In this document: piece after piece, positions 9,304-19,493 of the stretch
Numbering within the stretch: position 1 is the first letter of the stretch
Layout: every line of letters starts with the position of its first letter
Assembly (NCBI GenBank): GCA_026397045.1
Contig: JAPLVO010000009.1
Location: 1,548-65,547 of the forward strand
Length of the DNA stretch: 64,000 nt
Direction of reading: 5' to 3'
Source: Patescibacteria group bacterium
Lineage (GTDB): Bacteria > Patescibacteriota > Saccharimonadia > CAILAD01 > BJGX01
The notes under the pieces: model-generated
Database searches by the model: none
Told to the model about the DNA's origin: nothing
What the model saw: only the letters and a program-made list of their open reading frames with translations
Made by a program: the position numbers and the translations under genes

Positions 9304-10248
9304 TTACTCGCCTACTGGCTCTTGGCCAACGCCAAGTTCATTTAGTTTCTCTATCACTTCTTCCTGTGCTTTTACTCCAAAGCCTTTAAGGTCCTTAAGA
9401 TCTGATGGAGTGAACTCCATCAGATCCTTGATCGTCTTGATATCGTTATTGAGGAGTGCATTAGCAGTTCGTGGGCTGAAATTAACTTCATCTATTCCAA
9501 TTTGAGCCATATCGGCTTCAGCACGCTCTACAGCCGTCATTATTCCGCCGCTTCCAACTGAGACTACATCATGACCTGCAAGGACTTGGAAGTGGCCAAC
9601 AAGGACCTCTGCAGCTTGCATAACTGCTTCCTTGGGGGTAATAGTGCCGTCAGTTTCGACTTCAAGGATTAATTTGTCTAGATTAGTCATCTGACCTACT
9701 CGAGTATTTTCAACATTATAGCGCACCCGCCTGATAGGAGTATATATTGCGTCAATCGCGATCATCCCGACTGGGAGTTTTTCGGCATTTCTGCTCTCCA
9801 CGGTAACATAGCCTCGTCCTTGTTCTACCTTAAGTTCCATTTCTAGCTTGGCCTTGGCGTTATCTAGATGAGCGATGACTAGATCTGGATTAGTCACTTC
9901 GACATCATTATTGACCTTGATATCGCCAGCCTTGACGATCCCACCAGACTTTTTGAGGGTAAGCATAACTGGCTCTTCATTAGGATTTTTAAATCTGACC
10001 TGCTTTAAGTTTAGGATTATCTCAATCATGTCCTCACGAACGCCCGAAATAGTGGAGAATTCATGGCTAGCGCCTTCGATTTTGACTGCTGTAACAGCGC
10101 TCCCGGCTAGGCTCGAGAGTAATACTCGGCGTATTGAGTTGCCTAGAGTCATGCCATAGCCTGGGTAGAGCGGTTCTAATGCAAACTCGGCTGAATTTAG
10201 GGCTGTTTTGTCTTCTTTAAGTTCTGGTAGGTTGATATCGTATAACAT
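9304..10248 (-). CDS. rpoA: DNA-directed RNA polymerase alpha subunit
   Basis: N-terminal domain motifs (GYGMTLGNSIRRVLLSS) and C-terminal domain (SPRTANALLNNDIKTIKDL). Confidence 0.95.
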   Translation of the reverse strand: MLYDINLPELKEDKTALNSAEFALEPLYPGYGMTLGNSIRRVLLSSLAGSAVTAVKIEGASHEFSTISGVREDMIEIILNLKQVRFKNPNEEPVMLTLKKSGGIVKAGDIKVNNDVEVTNPDLVIAHLDNAKAKLEMELKVEQGRGYVTVESRNAEKLPVGMIAIDAIYTPIRRVRYNVENTRVGQMTNLDKLILEVETDGTITPKEAVMQAAEVLVGHFQVLAGHDVVSVGSGGIMTAVERAEADMAQIGIDEVNFSPRTANALLNNDIKTIKDLMEFTPSDLKDLKGFGVKAQEEVIEKLNELGVGQEPVGE

Positions 10249-10260
10249 AGCTCTCCTTAT

Positions 10261-10875
10261 TTATCGTGAATAATATTCGATTATTAATTGCTCTTGGATC
10301 TCTTGGTCTTGTTCCTCTCGCAGCGGCATCCCTATGACTTTGGCGCTGAACTTCTTCGGTTCGAAGCTGAGCCAGCTAGGCAAAGTCTGGTTAGGATCAA
10401 TACTGTCTTTGAGGGCAACAAAATAAGTGGTCTTGAGGCTGGCATCACGGATTGTGATCTCATCGGAGGGTGAAACCATTATGGAAGGAATGTCTACTCG
10501 CTTGCCATTTAACAAAACATGGCCATGGCTAACAATTTGGCGGGCGGCAGGCCTAGATGGGGCAACCCCGAGTCTGTAAATGACATTGTCCAGGCGTCTT
10601 TCTAGTAATTGAAGTAGGTTTTCACCTGTAACCCCTGGCATCTTCTCGGCCTTGCCGATATAGCGCCTAAACTGCTTCTCTAAGATTCCGTAGAATCGCT
10701 TAACTTTTTGTTTCTCCCTGAGCTGTAGTGAATAATCGCTTGGCTTGGGTCTTCTGGATTGACCATGCTGGCCAGGACCATAGTTACGCCGTGTAAGGGC
10801 CTTGACTGCCTTGGGATGAGTATGGGCGCCTTCTCGTCGAGCTATTTTAACAGCTGGGGTTAGATTTCGTGCCAT
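10261..10875 (-). CDS. rpsD: 30S ribosomal protein S4. The start is at MARNLTP; the ORF-track start at 10911 would overlap rpsK.
   Basis: GPGQHG, LQLREKQKVKR and S4-domain motifs. The conserved N-terminus begins 1 nt after the rpsK stop. Confidence 0.9.
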   Translation of the reverse strand: MARNLTPAVKIARREGAHTHPKAVKALTRRNYGPGQHGQSRRPKPSDYSLQLREKQKVKRFYGILEKQFRRYIGKAEKMPGVTGENLLQLLERRLDNVIYRLGVAPSRPAARQIVSHGHVLLNGKRVDIPSIMVSPSDEITIRDASLKTTYFVALKDSIDPNQTLPSWLSFEPKKFSAKVIGMPLREEQDQEIQEQLIIEYYSR

Positions 10876-10876
10876 A

Positions 10877-11269
10877 CTATACTCTCCTGGCCTTTCGGGG
10901 TCTACAGCCATTATGCGGGATACCAGTATCGTCCTTTATAGACGATACGCTTATTCCAGAACCCTGCAGAGCTCGTATAGCTGACTCTCGGCCACTGCCA
11001 ATTCCCTTAATAATTACATCAACACTACTCATGCCAAAATCCTTACATGCTCCCACGGCTTTCTCGGCGGCTATCTGGGCTGCATAAGGAGTACTTTTAC
11101 GAGAGCCCTTGAAGCCAGCAGAACCAGATGAACCCCAGCTAACAACTGCACCTTTTTCATCAGAGATGGTTATTATGGTGTTATTAAAGCTAGAGTGGAT
11201 ATGCACCACACCCTTAGGTATGTTGCGCTTCTGCTTCTTTTTTCTAGTTTTAGTTACTGGTTTGCTCAT
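10877..11269 (-). CDS. rpsK: 30S ribosomal protein S11
   Basis: C-terminus [15 protein letters not shown]. Confidence 0.95.
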   Translation of the reverse strand: MSKPVTKTRKKKQKRNIPKGVVHIHSSFNNTIITISDEKGAVVSWGSSGSAGFKGSRKSTPYAAQIAAEKAVGACKDFGMSSVDVIIKGIGSGRESAIRALQGSGISVSSIKDDTGIPHNGCRPRKARRV

Positions 11270-11282
11270 TATTTACATCCCT

Positions 11283-11669
11283 TTAAGTTTTAGCTGCTGA
11301 TTTTTTTCTACCGCTTCCGACAGTTACTTTTCTACCTCGCTTGGTTCGGGCATTAGTTTTAGTGCGCTGTCCTCTAGAGGGCAGGCCGGCGCTATGCCTG
11401 AGGCCTCGATAGGCTTTGATTTCCTTGAGTCTTTTGATATTTCCGGTAACCACGCGTGATAGGTCGGCTTCTACTGTGAGGTTCTTATCGATATACTCGC
11501 GTATTTTGGTCTGGTCGGCCTCAGTCATATCTTTTACTCTGACATTGGGATCGATATTAAGATCAGCCAGCATCTTCTGGCTAGTCTTAAGTCCTATTCC
11601 GTAGACATATGTCAAAGCCACTTCTAATCTCTTTTCCGATGGTATATTTGTACCTGCTATACGCGCCAT
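11283..11669 (-). CDS. rpsM: 30S ribosomal protein S13
   Basis: [26 protein letters not shown]... Confidence 0.95.
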   Translation of the reverse strand: MARIAGTNIPSEKRLEVALTYVYGIGLKTSQKMLADLNIDPNVRVKDMTEADQTKIREYIDKNLTVEADLSRVVTGNIKRLKEIKAYRGLRHSAGLPSRGQRTKTNARTKRGRKVTVGSGRKKSAAKT

Positions 11670-11671
11670 GG

Positions 11672-11785
11672 CTAACCTTGCCTCTGCTTATGCTTAGGGT
11701 TCTCACAAATTACTCGTACTACTCCTTTGCGAACGACGACTTTGCATTTGGCACATATTTTCTTAACTCCGGCTCTAACTTTCAA
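11672..11785 (-). CDS. rpmJ: 50S ribosomal protein L36 (37 aa, TTG start); not in the supplied ORF track because it is under 60 aa
   Basis: Manual translation gives (M)[36 protein letters not shown], matching the L36 consensus; it lies between infA and rpsM as expected. Confidence 0.75.
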   Translation of the reverse strand: MKVRAGVKKICAKCKVVVRKGVVRVICENPKHKQRQG

Positions 11786-11794
11786 GACATTCTC

Positions 11795-12016
11795 CTATTT
11801 ATGACGAAAAGTAATTCGCCCTTTTGATAAATCATATGGTGTCATTTCGATAGTCACCTTATCACCTGGCAAAATCTTAATGTAATGCATGCGCATTTTG
11901 CCAGAAATATGTGCCAAAATTACATGCCCATTTTCAAGTTCTACTTTGAAATGAGCATTAGGGAGCGCCTCGATGACGCTACCCTCAACTTCGATTACTT
12001 CCTTTGTGTTTGCCAT
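11795..12016 (-). CDS. infA: Translation initiation factor IF-1
   Basis: S1-like IF-1 sequence [32 protein letters not shown]. Confidence 0.95.
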   Translation of the reverse strand: MANTKEVIEVEGSVIEALPNAHFKVELENGHVILAHISGKMRMHYIKILPGDKVTIEMTPYDLSKGRITFRHK

Positions 12017-12037
12017 AGATTAAAGTTACAAGATGTA

Positions 12038-12066
12038 ATTATAGAGGAGATCAGCCCATCTGTAAA
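12038..12066 (-). promoter_or_regulatory. Near-consensus sigma70-type promoter (TTTACA-17-TATAAT) internal to the ribosomal cluster, upstream of infA
   Basis: Minus strand reads TTTACA (12066-12061), a 17-nt spacer, then TATAAT (12043-12038), about 20 nt before the infA ATG. Confidence 0.5.
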
Positions 12067-12119
12067 GCCTTTTATAGGATAAGTTAGAAATTGCAGTGTA
12101 CCCTTAACTTTAATTAAGT

Positions 12120-13439
12120 CTAATACTTATCATAACTTGCCATCAAGGCCAGAGACTTGGCCTGCTTGACGGTTTCTATGATGACAGCCACGATGATGAG
12201 AAGGCTTGTACCGCCTATTGTAATGGCATCTGAGGTCTTAAATAGGCTCTGCATGATAAATGGCAGTATCGCCACAAACCCAAGGCCCAGAGAGCCCGTA
12301 AAGGTGATGCGCGTTATGATTGTCTTAAGGTACTTAGATGTTTCCTCGCCGGGCCTTACGCCTGGTATAAAGCCACCCTGCTTCTGAAGATTCTCGGCAA
12401 TTTCATCGGGCTTAAATATTATAGCTGTATAGAAATAGGTAAAGGCTACGACCAAGACAAAGTATGTGGCAGAGTACACAAAGCTACTGGGGGAGAATAT
12501 CTTTGTAATATTCTGGGCGAGGGAAGCTAACCATTGAGAGCTTGCATTGGTAAATAGCTGGCCTACAAATGTCGGGATTGATAAAAATGCTAAAGCGAAT
12601 ATGATTGGTATCACGCCAGCCGTAATAACTCTTAGCGGAAGATGAGTATCGACTCCTCGGTAGGCTTGGGCATTAGACATTCTTCGGGCGTAGGAGATTG
12701 GTATATTGCGCTGGCCTTCATTGAGATAGACTATAAACACCACGGTGGCGATAGCCACTAAGCCAATCATCACTGTACTAAATATTTTTCCTGGATCTGT
12801 CTGCACCAGCGCTGTCTGAGTAGCTAGGGTTGCCGGCAAACCAGAAACGATACCAAAGAGTATTATCATAGATATTCCGTTACCAATACCGCGCTCAGTT
12901 ATTATTTCTCCGAGCCACATCAGTATCATTGAGCCTGCCACTATTGTAGATACCATCAGCACCCACTGGGATGCAGTTGGATTACCGATGAGGTCTATAC
13001 CTGTGGATTGGGTTGATAAATTACGAACTAAAAATATCATTGCCACACCTTGAACGATGGCTAATGGTAAGGTCAGTAGCCTAGTGTAATGATTGATTTT
13101 ATTACGCCCAGCCTCCCCCTCCTTAGAAAGTGCTTCTAGCTTGGGAACAACCTGAGTTAGCAATTGAATAATTATTGAGGCATTAATATAAGGCCCTAAG
13201 CCCATAAGGAGAATAGAGAACCTAGATAGAGCCCCACCGGAAAATAGGTTGACAAACCCTAGTAGTGAATTAGACTGGAATATTCGAGTCAGAAAGGATT
13301 GCAACTTAACGCTGTCGGGCACTGGTACGGGTAACTGGGAGAGCAAACTATAAACAACCATAATAGCAAGGACAACAAGCACGCGATTACGCAAAGCCGG
13401 GTTCTTGTAAAGCTGTCTTAAAGTTTCTTTATTCATCAA
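12120..13439 (-). CDS. secY: Preprotein translocase subunit SecY
   Basis: 10-TM SecY architecture; directly followed by infA with no adk or map between them. Confidence 0.95.
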   Translation of the reverse strand: MMNKETLRQLYKNPALRNRVLVVLAIMVVYSLLSQLPVPVPDSVKLQSFLTRIFQSNSLLGFVNLFSGGALSRFSILLMGLGPYINASIIIQLLTQVVPKLEALSKEGEAGRNKINHYTRLLTLPLAIVQGVAMIFLVRNLSTQSTGIDLIGNPTASQWVLMVSTIVAGSMILMWLGEIITERGIGNGISMIILFGIVSGLPATLATQTALVQTDPGKIFSTVMIGLVAIATVVFIVYLNEGQRNIPISYARRMSNAQAYRGVDTHLPLRVITAGVIPIIFALAFLSIPTFVGQLFTNASSQWLASLAQNITKIFSPSSFVYSATYFVLVVAFTYFYTAIIFKPDEIAENLQKQGGFIPGVRPGEETSKYLKTIITRITFTGSLGLGFVAILPFIMQSLFKTSDAITIGGTSLLIIVAVIIETVKQAKSLALMASYDKY

Positions 13440-13453
13440 CCCCCTCCTTTTAA

Positions 13454-13933
13454 CTATTTATTGAACTCTTTTTTCCTTTTGGTAATCATTTTGGGTTTAG
13501 CGGTTAGTATTACCTTGCCGCCTGCTGACTCGATAGCACTAATGGCTGAAGCTGAGGCCTTCTCAACACTTATCGTTGTGGCTATCTTAATTGTACCATT
13601 GCCTAATAGCTTTACGGGCGAGTTAACTCTCCTAATTAGCCCGGCTGACCTAAGTATGTTTGCATCAACTACCTTTTTACCAAGATTCTGGATGTCCGAT
13701 AAGTTAACCACCTGAAACTCTATTCTGTTTAAGGGCGTAAAGCCTCGCGCTTTAGGTAGCCTCTGAGCTAATTTAGTCTGCCCGCCTTCAAAGCCTGGCT
13801 TGAATTTACTACCAGCTCTGGCGTTTTGGCCTTTTGTGCCACGGCCCGCTGTCTTGCCTTGCCCGCCGCTAATGCCTCGGCCTAATCGCTTGATAGATTT
13901 ATCTTTGGTGGTTTTAAGTTCGTGAACTTTCAT
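13454..13933 (-). CDS. rplO: 50S ribosomal protein L15
   Basis: GRGISGGQGKTAGRGTKGQ motif; directly abuts rpsE with no L30 gene between. Confidence 0.95.
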   Translation of the reverse strand: MKVHELKTTKDKSIKRLGRGISGGQGKTAGRGTKGQNARAGSKFKPGFEGGQTKLAQRLPKARGFTPLNRIEFQVVNLSDIQNLGKKVVDANILRSAGLIRRVNSPVKLLGNGTIKIATTISVEKASASAISAIESAGGKVILTAKPKMITKRKKEFNK

Positions 13934-14427
13934 TATTTAGACTCCTTAGCTAGTCGCACCTTTGCTTTTAGCTGAGATAAGGCCTCGACTGTTGCATACG
14001 AATTATTGATCTTATTAGTGGAGCCTAGGGACTTTGTGAGTACATCCTTTATGCCTGCTGCTTCTAGTACGGCCCTTACTGCGCCTCCTGCAATTACTCC
14101 AGTTCCTGGGTGGGCTGGCTTTAATAGTACCACTGCGCCGCCAAATGTAACCTGAACTTCATGCGGAATAGTTGCTCCGTCTAGTTCAAAATCGATCATG
14201 TCTTTCTTGGCTCTAGCCACGGCCTTCATAATTGATGTTGGGGCGTCAGTACCTTTACCTACACCAACCCCGACACGGCCTTTGTTATTACCAACTACTG
14301 CAGTGGCTCTAAACCTAAAGCGGCGTCCGCCTTTTACTACTCTAGTAACTCTATCCAGGGCGATAATTCGCTCATCAAATTCAGGTACTTCTTGCTTGCC
14401 CATTCGGTTATTAAAATTATTATTCAT
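13933..14427 (-). CDS. rpsE: 30S ribosomal protein S5
   Basis: [22 protein letters not shown] and [21 protein letters not shown]. Confidence 0.95.
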   Translation of the reverse strand: MNNNFNNRMGKQEVPEFDERIIALDRVTRVVKGGRRFRFRATAVVGNNKGRVGVGVGKGTDAPTSIMKAVARAKKDMIDFELDGATIPHEVQVTFGGAVVLLKPAHPGTGVIAGGAVRAVLEAAGIKDVLTKSLGSTNKINNSYATVEALSQLKAKVRLAKESK

Positions 14428-14763
14428 CTAGAACTCCAATCCTTCTTTTCTTGCAGACTCGGCAAATGTCTTAACTCTGCCATGGTATATTTTACCGCCG
14501 CGGTCAAACACCACCGACTTTATTTTTGACTTGATACCAAGAATTGCTATCTGCTGGCCTAGCCATTCAGCCTTCTGATTCATACTCTTAGATGCTATGT
14601 CTTTATTAGATTCTGTAGATAGTGACGCCAGTGTCTTAGATGAGACATCATCGATCAGCTGAGCCCTCATGTGTTTTAGCGACACAGCCAAACAAAGCCT
14701 AGGGCGTTCTGCTGTACCGGATATCTTAGCCCGAACTCTGCGAGTTGCTTTAATATTTTTCAT
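14428..14763 (-). CDS. rplR: 50S ribosomal protein L18
   Basis: RLCLAVSLKHMRAQLIDD...VFDRGGKIYHGRVKTFAESARKEGLEF. Confidence 0.95.
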   Translation of the reverse strand: MKNIKATRRVRAKISGTAERPRLCLAVSLKHMRAQLIDDVSSKTLASLSTESNKDIASKSMNQKAEWLGQQIAILGIKSKIKSVVFDRGGKIYHGRVKTFAESARKEGLEF

Positions 14764-15308
14764 TCTGAACCTCCCTTAGCGGCAGTCTTTCCGGCTTTTC
14801 GCCTAACATGCTCGTTAATATACCTTATGCCTTTGCCCTTATAGGGCTCGGGCTTTTTGAATATTCTAATATTTGCTGCTGCTGCACCAACCTGTTGTTT
14901 GTCGTAACCAGCAACTGTTATTATATTTTGGTTTACAGTAACTGTAACGCCTTCTGGTGCAGTAAATATCACCGGATGCGAGAACCCAAGGCTCATTTCG
15001 AGATCTTTTCCATTCATCTTGGCTCTATAGCCTACTCCATTGATTTCTAGCTCCTTCGTGAAGCCCTCGGATACTCCAATTATCATATTGGCAATTAGAG
15101 TTCGCTGCAGTCCGAATTGCTTTTGAGTATCGGCGTTAATCTCTTTTTGAGTAACGATGATTTTATCGTCCTTGATTTCCACGGCCAGACCTTTGAGTAT
15201 CTTGGTGGATAGTTCTCCCTTCGGGCCCTTAATGCTAACTAACTTAGCATCGACACTAACATCTACTCCGCTAACCATATCTATGGGCTGCTTACCTATT
15301 CTACTCAT
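14760..15308 (-). CDS. rplF: 50S ribosomal protein L6
   Basis: MSRIGKQPI...; two L6 domains. Confidence 0.95.
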   Translation of the reverse strand: MSRIGKQPIDMVSGVDVSVDAKLVSIKGPKGELSTKILKGLAVEIKDDKIIVTQKEINADTQKQFGLQRTLIANMIIGVSEGFTKELEINGVGYRAKMNGKDLEMSLGFSHPVIFTAPEGVTVTVNQNIITVAGYDKQQVGAAAANIRIFKKPEPYKGKGIRYINEHVRRKAGKTAAKGGSE

Positions 15309-15309
15309 C

Positions 15310-15696
15310 TTAGTAGACCTTACAGATTAATTCGCCGCCAATGCCTTTTTTGCGGGCATCTCTACCAGTCATTATACCCACTGGTGTAGAAACAATTACT
15401 ATTCCTCGGCCAGTTCTGACTACCGGGATCTCTGAGGCTTTTGCATAAATGCGTCTACCTGGTTTGCTAACTCGAACGAGGCTCTCGGGCTGGGTTGGGC
15501 CATTTAGCTCGATACTTAGTTGCTTGAAGCCCCCTTGGCTTATAACTGAAACTTTACCGATGTAGCCATTGCCCTTAAGTATGCCTGCAATTGCTGCTTT
15601 GAGTTTAGAATGAGGAATAATTACCTCTTGTTTATTGGACATGATTCCATTTCGTATTCTGGTAAGCATGTCTGCGATTGGGTCTGTTGTCATCAT
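15310..15696 (-). CDS. rpsH: 30S ribosomal protein S8. The start is at MMTTDPIADML with an AGGAG Shine-Dalgarno 9 nt upstream; the ORF-track TTG start is rejected.
   Basis: DPIADMLTRIRNG motif. Confidence 0.9.
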   Translation of the reverse strand: MMTTDPIADMLTRIRNGIMSNKQEVIIPHSKLKAAIAGILKGNGYIGKVSVISQGGFKQLSIELNGPTQPESLVRVSKPGRRIYAKASEIPVVRTGRGIVIVSTPVGIMTGRDARKKGIGGELICKVY

Positions 15697-15707
15697 AATA
15701 TAATCTC

Positions 15708-15977
15708 CTACCAACTCGACTTAGTTATACCTGGAATTTGCCCCTTAGAGGCATACTCTCGGAAGGTTAATCTGCTCAGCCCAAATTTGCGAATATACCC
15801 TCGCGATCGGCCAGTAATTTCACAGCGATTGCGCTGACGGATAGGGTTAGAGTTTCGTGGTAACTTAGCCAACCCGTCTAGGTCTCCATCCGCCCGTAGT
15901 TGAGCGCGCTTATCAGCAAATTTAATTGCTAGTTTCTCTCTTTTTAATTCTCTCTGGATCAGTGCTTTTCGGGCCAT
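15708..15977 (-). CDS. rpsN: 30S ribosomal protein S14 (long type, 89 aa)
   Basis: [26 protein letters not shown]... Confidence 0.9.
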   Translation of the reverse strand: MARKALIQRELKREKLAIKFADKRAQLRADGDLDGLAKLPRNSNPIRQRNRCEITGRSRGYIRKFGLSRLTFREYASKGQIPGITKSSW

Positions 15978-16525
15978 TATTTCGCTCCTTTCTCGAACGG
16001 CATGCCAAACTTTTCAAGCAATGCTCTACTTGCCTTAACATTATTTCCGCTAATTACTATTGTTATCTGAAGGCCGTGTATGGACGAGGCATCCTCATAG
16101 GCTATCTCTGGGAACACAGTCTGATCATTGATACCGATACTATAGTTACCGCTACTATCAAAGGCCTTGGCACTAACACCGTGGAAGTCCCTGGTGCGCG
16201 GTAAAACTACAGCAATAAGTCTATCTAGGAAGCTATACATCCGCTCTCCCCTTAGGGTAACCTTGGCGCCAATTAGCATCCCCTCTCTTAGCTTAAAACT
16301 GGCAATACTGTGTTGGGCCTTAGTAATTAAAGGCTTTTGGCCAGTTATCTTGGCTAAAGTAGCGACCACCATATCTAATTGCTTAGAATCAGCGACTGCC
16401 TTACCGACGCCACTATTAATTACAATTTTCTGTAATTTAGGGATCTCATGGACATTCGCTATTTTTAGATCGCTCATGAGCTCAGTTATTACTGTTTTAT
16501 TGTATTTGGTCTGTAATCTATTCAT
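15977..16525 (-). CDS. rplE: 50S ribosomal protein L5
   Basis: [10 protein letters not shown]...[10 protein letters not shown]... Confidence 0.95.
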   Translation of the reverse strand: MNRLQTKYNKTVITELMSDLKIANVHEIPKLQKIVINSGVGKAVADSKQLDMVVATLAKITGQKPLITKAQHSIASFKLREGMLIGAKVTLRGERMYSFLDRLIAVVLPRTRDFHGVSAKAFDSSGNYSIGINDQTVFPEIAYEDASSIHGLQITIVISGNNVKASRALLEKFGMPFEKGAK

Positions 16526-16527
16526 GA

Positions 16528-16887
16528 TTATTCCTTCTTACCTTTAGCTGTAGAGCTCTTAGAGTCCTTACTTGCCTTCGGGTTACTAAATTTAGAGACC
16601 TTAAATATTCTCTGCTTTTTGCCATTTTCAGTCATCTTATAGCCAACTCTAGCTGGTTTGCCTGAAGCCGGATCTAGCACCATCACCTTGGATACATCGA
16701 TTGGCTTAGTGACCTCAACAATTCCGCCCTTAGGGTTACTTTGGCTCGGCTTAACATGTCTCTTAGATATATTAACCCCCTGAACCACTACTTGCTTAGT
16801 GGCCGGTTTAGCCAAGACGACTTCTCCGGTCTTGCCCTTATCACGACCAGCTATCACTATGACTTTATCTTTTCGAATTATTTTCAT
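16528..16887 (-). CDS. rplX: 50S ribosomal protein L24 with a K-rich C-terminal extension
   Basis: KOW motif KDKVIVIAGRDKGKTGEV; extended tail ...KASKDSKSSTAKGKKE. Confidence 0.9.
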   Translation of the reverse strand: MKIIRKDKVIVIAGRDKGKTGEVVLAKPATKQVVVQGVNISKRHVKPSQSNPKGGIVEVTKPIDVSKVMVLDPASGKPARVGYKMTENGKKQRIFKVSKFSNPKASKDSKSSTAKGKKE

Positions 16888-17255
16888 TATAGTACCTCCG
16901 GAGCTAATGAAACTATTTTCATATAACCCTTTTCCCGCAGCTCACGGGTAACCGGGCCAAATATTCGGGTGCCCCTGGGTTGGTCATTAGTATCAATAAT
17001 TACTGCTGCATTTTCGTCAAATTTAACATTACTACCATCTTTTCTACTAACTTGCCTTTTGGTTCTCACCACCACTGCCCTTATAACTTCTTTCTTCTTA
17101 ACGGTACCGTTTGGGGTAGCTACCTTAACACTAGCTACTATGACATCGCCAACTCTAGCATAGCGTCTTTTACTTCCACCCAAAACCTTGATACACATTA
17201 TTTCTTTTGCACCAGTATTATCGGCCACTTTTAGCCTTGTTTCTGACTGTATCAT
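16887..17255 (-). CDS. rplN: 50S ribosomal protein L14
   Basis: [18 protein letters not shown]... Confidence 0.95.
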   Translation of the reverse strand: MIQSETRLKVADNTGAKEIMCIKVLGGSKRRYARVGDVIVASVKVATPNGTVKKKEVIRAVVVRTKRQVSRKDGSNVKFDENAAVIIDTNDQPRGTRIFGPVTRELREKGYMKIVSLAPEVL

Positions 17256-17515
17256 TGGGAAATCTCCGTCTTTACAATGGCTTTCTGAATAACTCTAGAA
17301 AGTGCAAAATGCTTGTTCTTGCTAATTGGTCGGGTCTCAATAATTTCCACAGTGTCTCCGAGTAGTGCCTTGCTAGTCTCATCATGAGCCTGGAATCGAG
17401 TAGTTACGAGATACGACTTCTTGTACAAAGGGTGAGCCTTGCGGCGCTCTACTGCCACAACAATTGTTTTGTCCATTTTGGTTGATACAACCTTGCCCTG
17501 TAGTGTTCGACTCAT
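17252..17515 (-). CDS. rpsQ: 30S ribosomal protein S17
   Basis: [27 protein letters not shown]. Confidence 0.95.
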   Translation of the reverse strand: MSRTLQGKVVSTKMDKTIVVAVERRKAHPLYKKSYLVTTRFQAHDETSKALLGDTVEIIETRPISKNKHFALSRVIQKAIVKTEISQ

Positions 17516-17736
17516 GATTTATCTCCTTGTGAGGCCTTTTCTTGTTCGCCTATTATTGTTAGTATTCTCGCTATTGTTCGTTTTAGTGTGACTATCTGCT
17601 TAACATTTTTTACTTCCTTGGTTCTGTAATCTACATTAAGTTGTACTAGCTTAGATCTGGACTCTACTAGGTCCTTCAGTAACTCTTTATTAGATTTATT
17701 TCTTAGTTCTTTAGCTTTCATCTGATTCTCCTGCAT
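17512..17736 (-). CDS. rpmC: 50S ribosomal protein L29. The start may be the internal MKAKELR; it overlaps the end of rplP.
   Basis: [27 protein letters not shown]. Confidence 0.85.
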   Translation of the reverse strand: MQENQMKAKELRNKSNKELLKDLVESRSKLVQLNVDYRTKEVKNVKQIVTLKRTIARILTIIGEQEKASQGDKS

Positions 17737-18142
17737 GGGCTTTTACCATAAATTTAGTCTTAATAGGCAGTTTGTAGGCAGCGAGTCGCATAGCTTCCTT
17801 GGCGACTTCTTCGGTAACTCCGTCCATTTCGAACAAAATTTTACCCGCCTGGACCTTGGCCACATAGTGGTCAAGTGCTCCTTTACCAGATCCCATCCTA
17901 ACTTCAGCAGGCTTCTTAGTGACCGGTGTATGGGGGAAAATTCTGATCCATATTTTACCGCCGCGCTTAATGTGCCTGGTCATGGCACGACGCGCAGATT
18001 CTATTTGCCTTGAAGTTATTCGCTCGTTAGCAAGAGCTTTTAAGCCAAAGCTGCCAAAGCTAATTTCGGTGCCTCGGCTAGCAACGCCTTTATTACGCCC
18101 TTTCTGGGCCTTTCGATATTTAGTTTTGCGTGGCATTAACAT
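17711..18142 (-). CDS. rplP: 50S ribosomal protein L16
   Basis: [16 protein letters not shown]... Confidence 0.95.
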   Translation of the reverse strand: MLMPRKTKYRKAQKGRNKGVASRGTEISFGSFGLKALANERITSRQIESARRAMTRHIKRGGKIWIRIFPHTPVTKKPAEVRMGSGKGALDHYVAKVQAGKILFEMDGVTEEVAKEAMRLAAYKLPIKTKFMVKAHAGESDES

Positions 18143-18153
18143 CTTACTACTCC

Positions 18154-18771
18154 TTAACCTTTATAAATCCATACTTTTACACCAATCACACCAAAAGTCG
18201 TCTTGGCTTCGGCGGCAGCGTAATCAATATCGGCCTTAATTGTATGAAGTGGGATGCTACCGACTGCGGATGTCTCTCGACGAGCCATTTCGGCACCATT
18301 TAGCCTCCCTGAAACACTAACCTTTGCACCTAAAGCACCAGACCTAACAGAAGCTTCGGTGGTACTCTTGATGATCCTTCTAAAAGGTAGCCTGCGCTCA
18401 AGCTGAGAAGCCACATTTTCAGCGACCAACTGAGCATTGAGTTCGGGATTTTTCACTTCCTCAATGTTAATCTTAAAAGAGCCATCAATAAGCTTGGCGA
18501 GGTCCTTTTTGAGGGCATCAATACCAGCTCCGCTTCGGCCTATAACTACTCCTGGCTTAGCAGTGTGAACAGTTATCGTGAGCTCATTATTGGATCTTTC
18601 AATTTCCACCTTGGCCACCGAGGCCCTAAAGCCTAGCTTCAAAGAAATAAGCTTTCGGATCCTGATGTCCTGGGCGACTAAAGTTGCGAAATTACGATTA
18701 TCGAACCACTTAGACTGCCAGTTCTTAGTATATATTAACCTGAACCCTACTGGATTTATCTTTTGTCCCAT
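18154..18771 (-). CDS. rpsC: 30S ribosomal protein S3
   Basis: [12 protein letters not shown]...; KH domain. Confidence 0.95.
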   Translation of the reverse strand: MGQKINPVGFRLIYTKNWQSKWFDNRNFATLVAQDIRIRKLISLKLGFRASVAKVEIERSNNELTITVHTAKPGVVIGRSGAGIDALKKDLAKLIDGSFKINIEEVKNPELNAQLVAENVASQLERRLPFRRIIKSTTEASVRSGALGAKVSVSGRLNGAEMARRETSAVGSIPLHTIKADIDYAAAEAKTTFGVIGVKVWIYKG

Positions 18772-19202
18772 TACCTTAATCCTCGCTTCTTGTTAGTAAT
18801 TTTCGTGGTAACTTTAGGCTTTCCTGATTTCTGCTCAGTCTTTTCAGATGGCTTAGCGTCTGACCCTGCCTCGCCGCTGTCCAGGATGATCCTAAGATGA
18901 GCCATTTGGTGCTCTATTTTGCCATAAGCACCTTTCGCTCTTGGTCTGCCTCGCTTTAGCTTAGGGCCCTGGTCAACTCTTATTTCAGATATAACCAAGG
19001 TAGATGCGCTAAGACTGTAATTGTTCTCAGCACTAGCGATAGCGCTCTTTATGCCGGCTGCAATCATACGAGCCGACTTTTGTGGCATATTAAGCAAGAG
19101 CTCCTGTGCCCCTGTGGCACTTTGGCCTCTTACCATATCAGCGCCCAGACGAAGCTTTTGAGCTGATATCCTTAGATACTTAATGTTTGCTGCTACTTTC
19201 AT
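18771..19202 (-). CDS. rplV: 50S ribosomal protein L22 with a C-terminal basic extension
   Basis: L22 core AKAANIKYLRISAQKLR...; tail ...KPKVTTKITNKKRGLR. Confidence 0.9.
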   Translation of the reverse strand: MKVAANIKYLRISAQKLRLGADMVRGQSATGAQELLLNMPQKSARMIAAGIKSAIASAENNYSLSASTLVISEIRVDQGPKLKRGRPRAKGAYGKIEHQMAHLRIILDSGEAGSDAKPSEKTEQKSGKPKVTTKITNKKRGLR

Positions 19203-19211
19203 GATTACTCC

Positions 19212-19493
19212 TTAAGACTTCCCTTCGGCTTTAGCTAGTTTACCGCCATGACCACGGAATTTTCGGGTAGGGGAAAACTCTCCTAGCTTATGGCCAACCA
19301 TGTTTTCCGTAACTAGCACTGGGACATGTATCTTGCCGTTATGCACGGCGATAGTTTTGCCGACCATCTCTGGACTAATAGCACTAGACCTAGACCAAGT
19401 CTTGATAATAGTCTTGTCATTTACTTCCAGTACCATGACCTTACGAAGTAATTTAGGGTCGATAAAAGGACCTTTTTTGCTTGAACGACTCAT
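19212..19493 (-). CDS. rpsS: 30S ribosomal protein S19
   Basis: [16 protein letters not shown]...[16 protein letters not shown]. Confidence 0.95.
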   Translation of the reverse strand: MSRSSKKGPFIDPKLLRKVMVLEVNDKTIIKTWSRSSAISPEMVGKTIAVHNGKIHVPVLVTENMVGHKLGEFSPTRKFRGHGGKLAKAEGKS

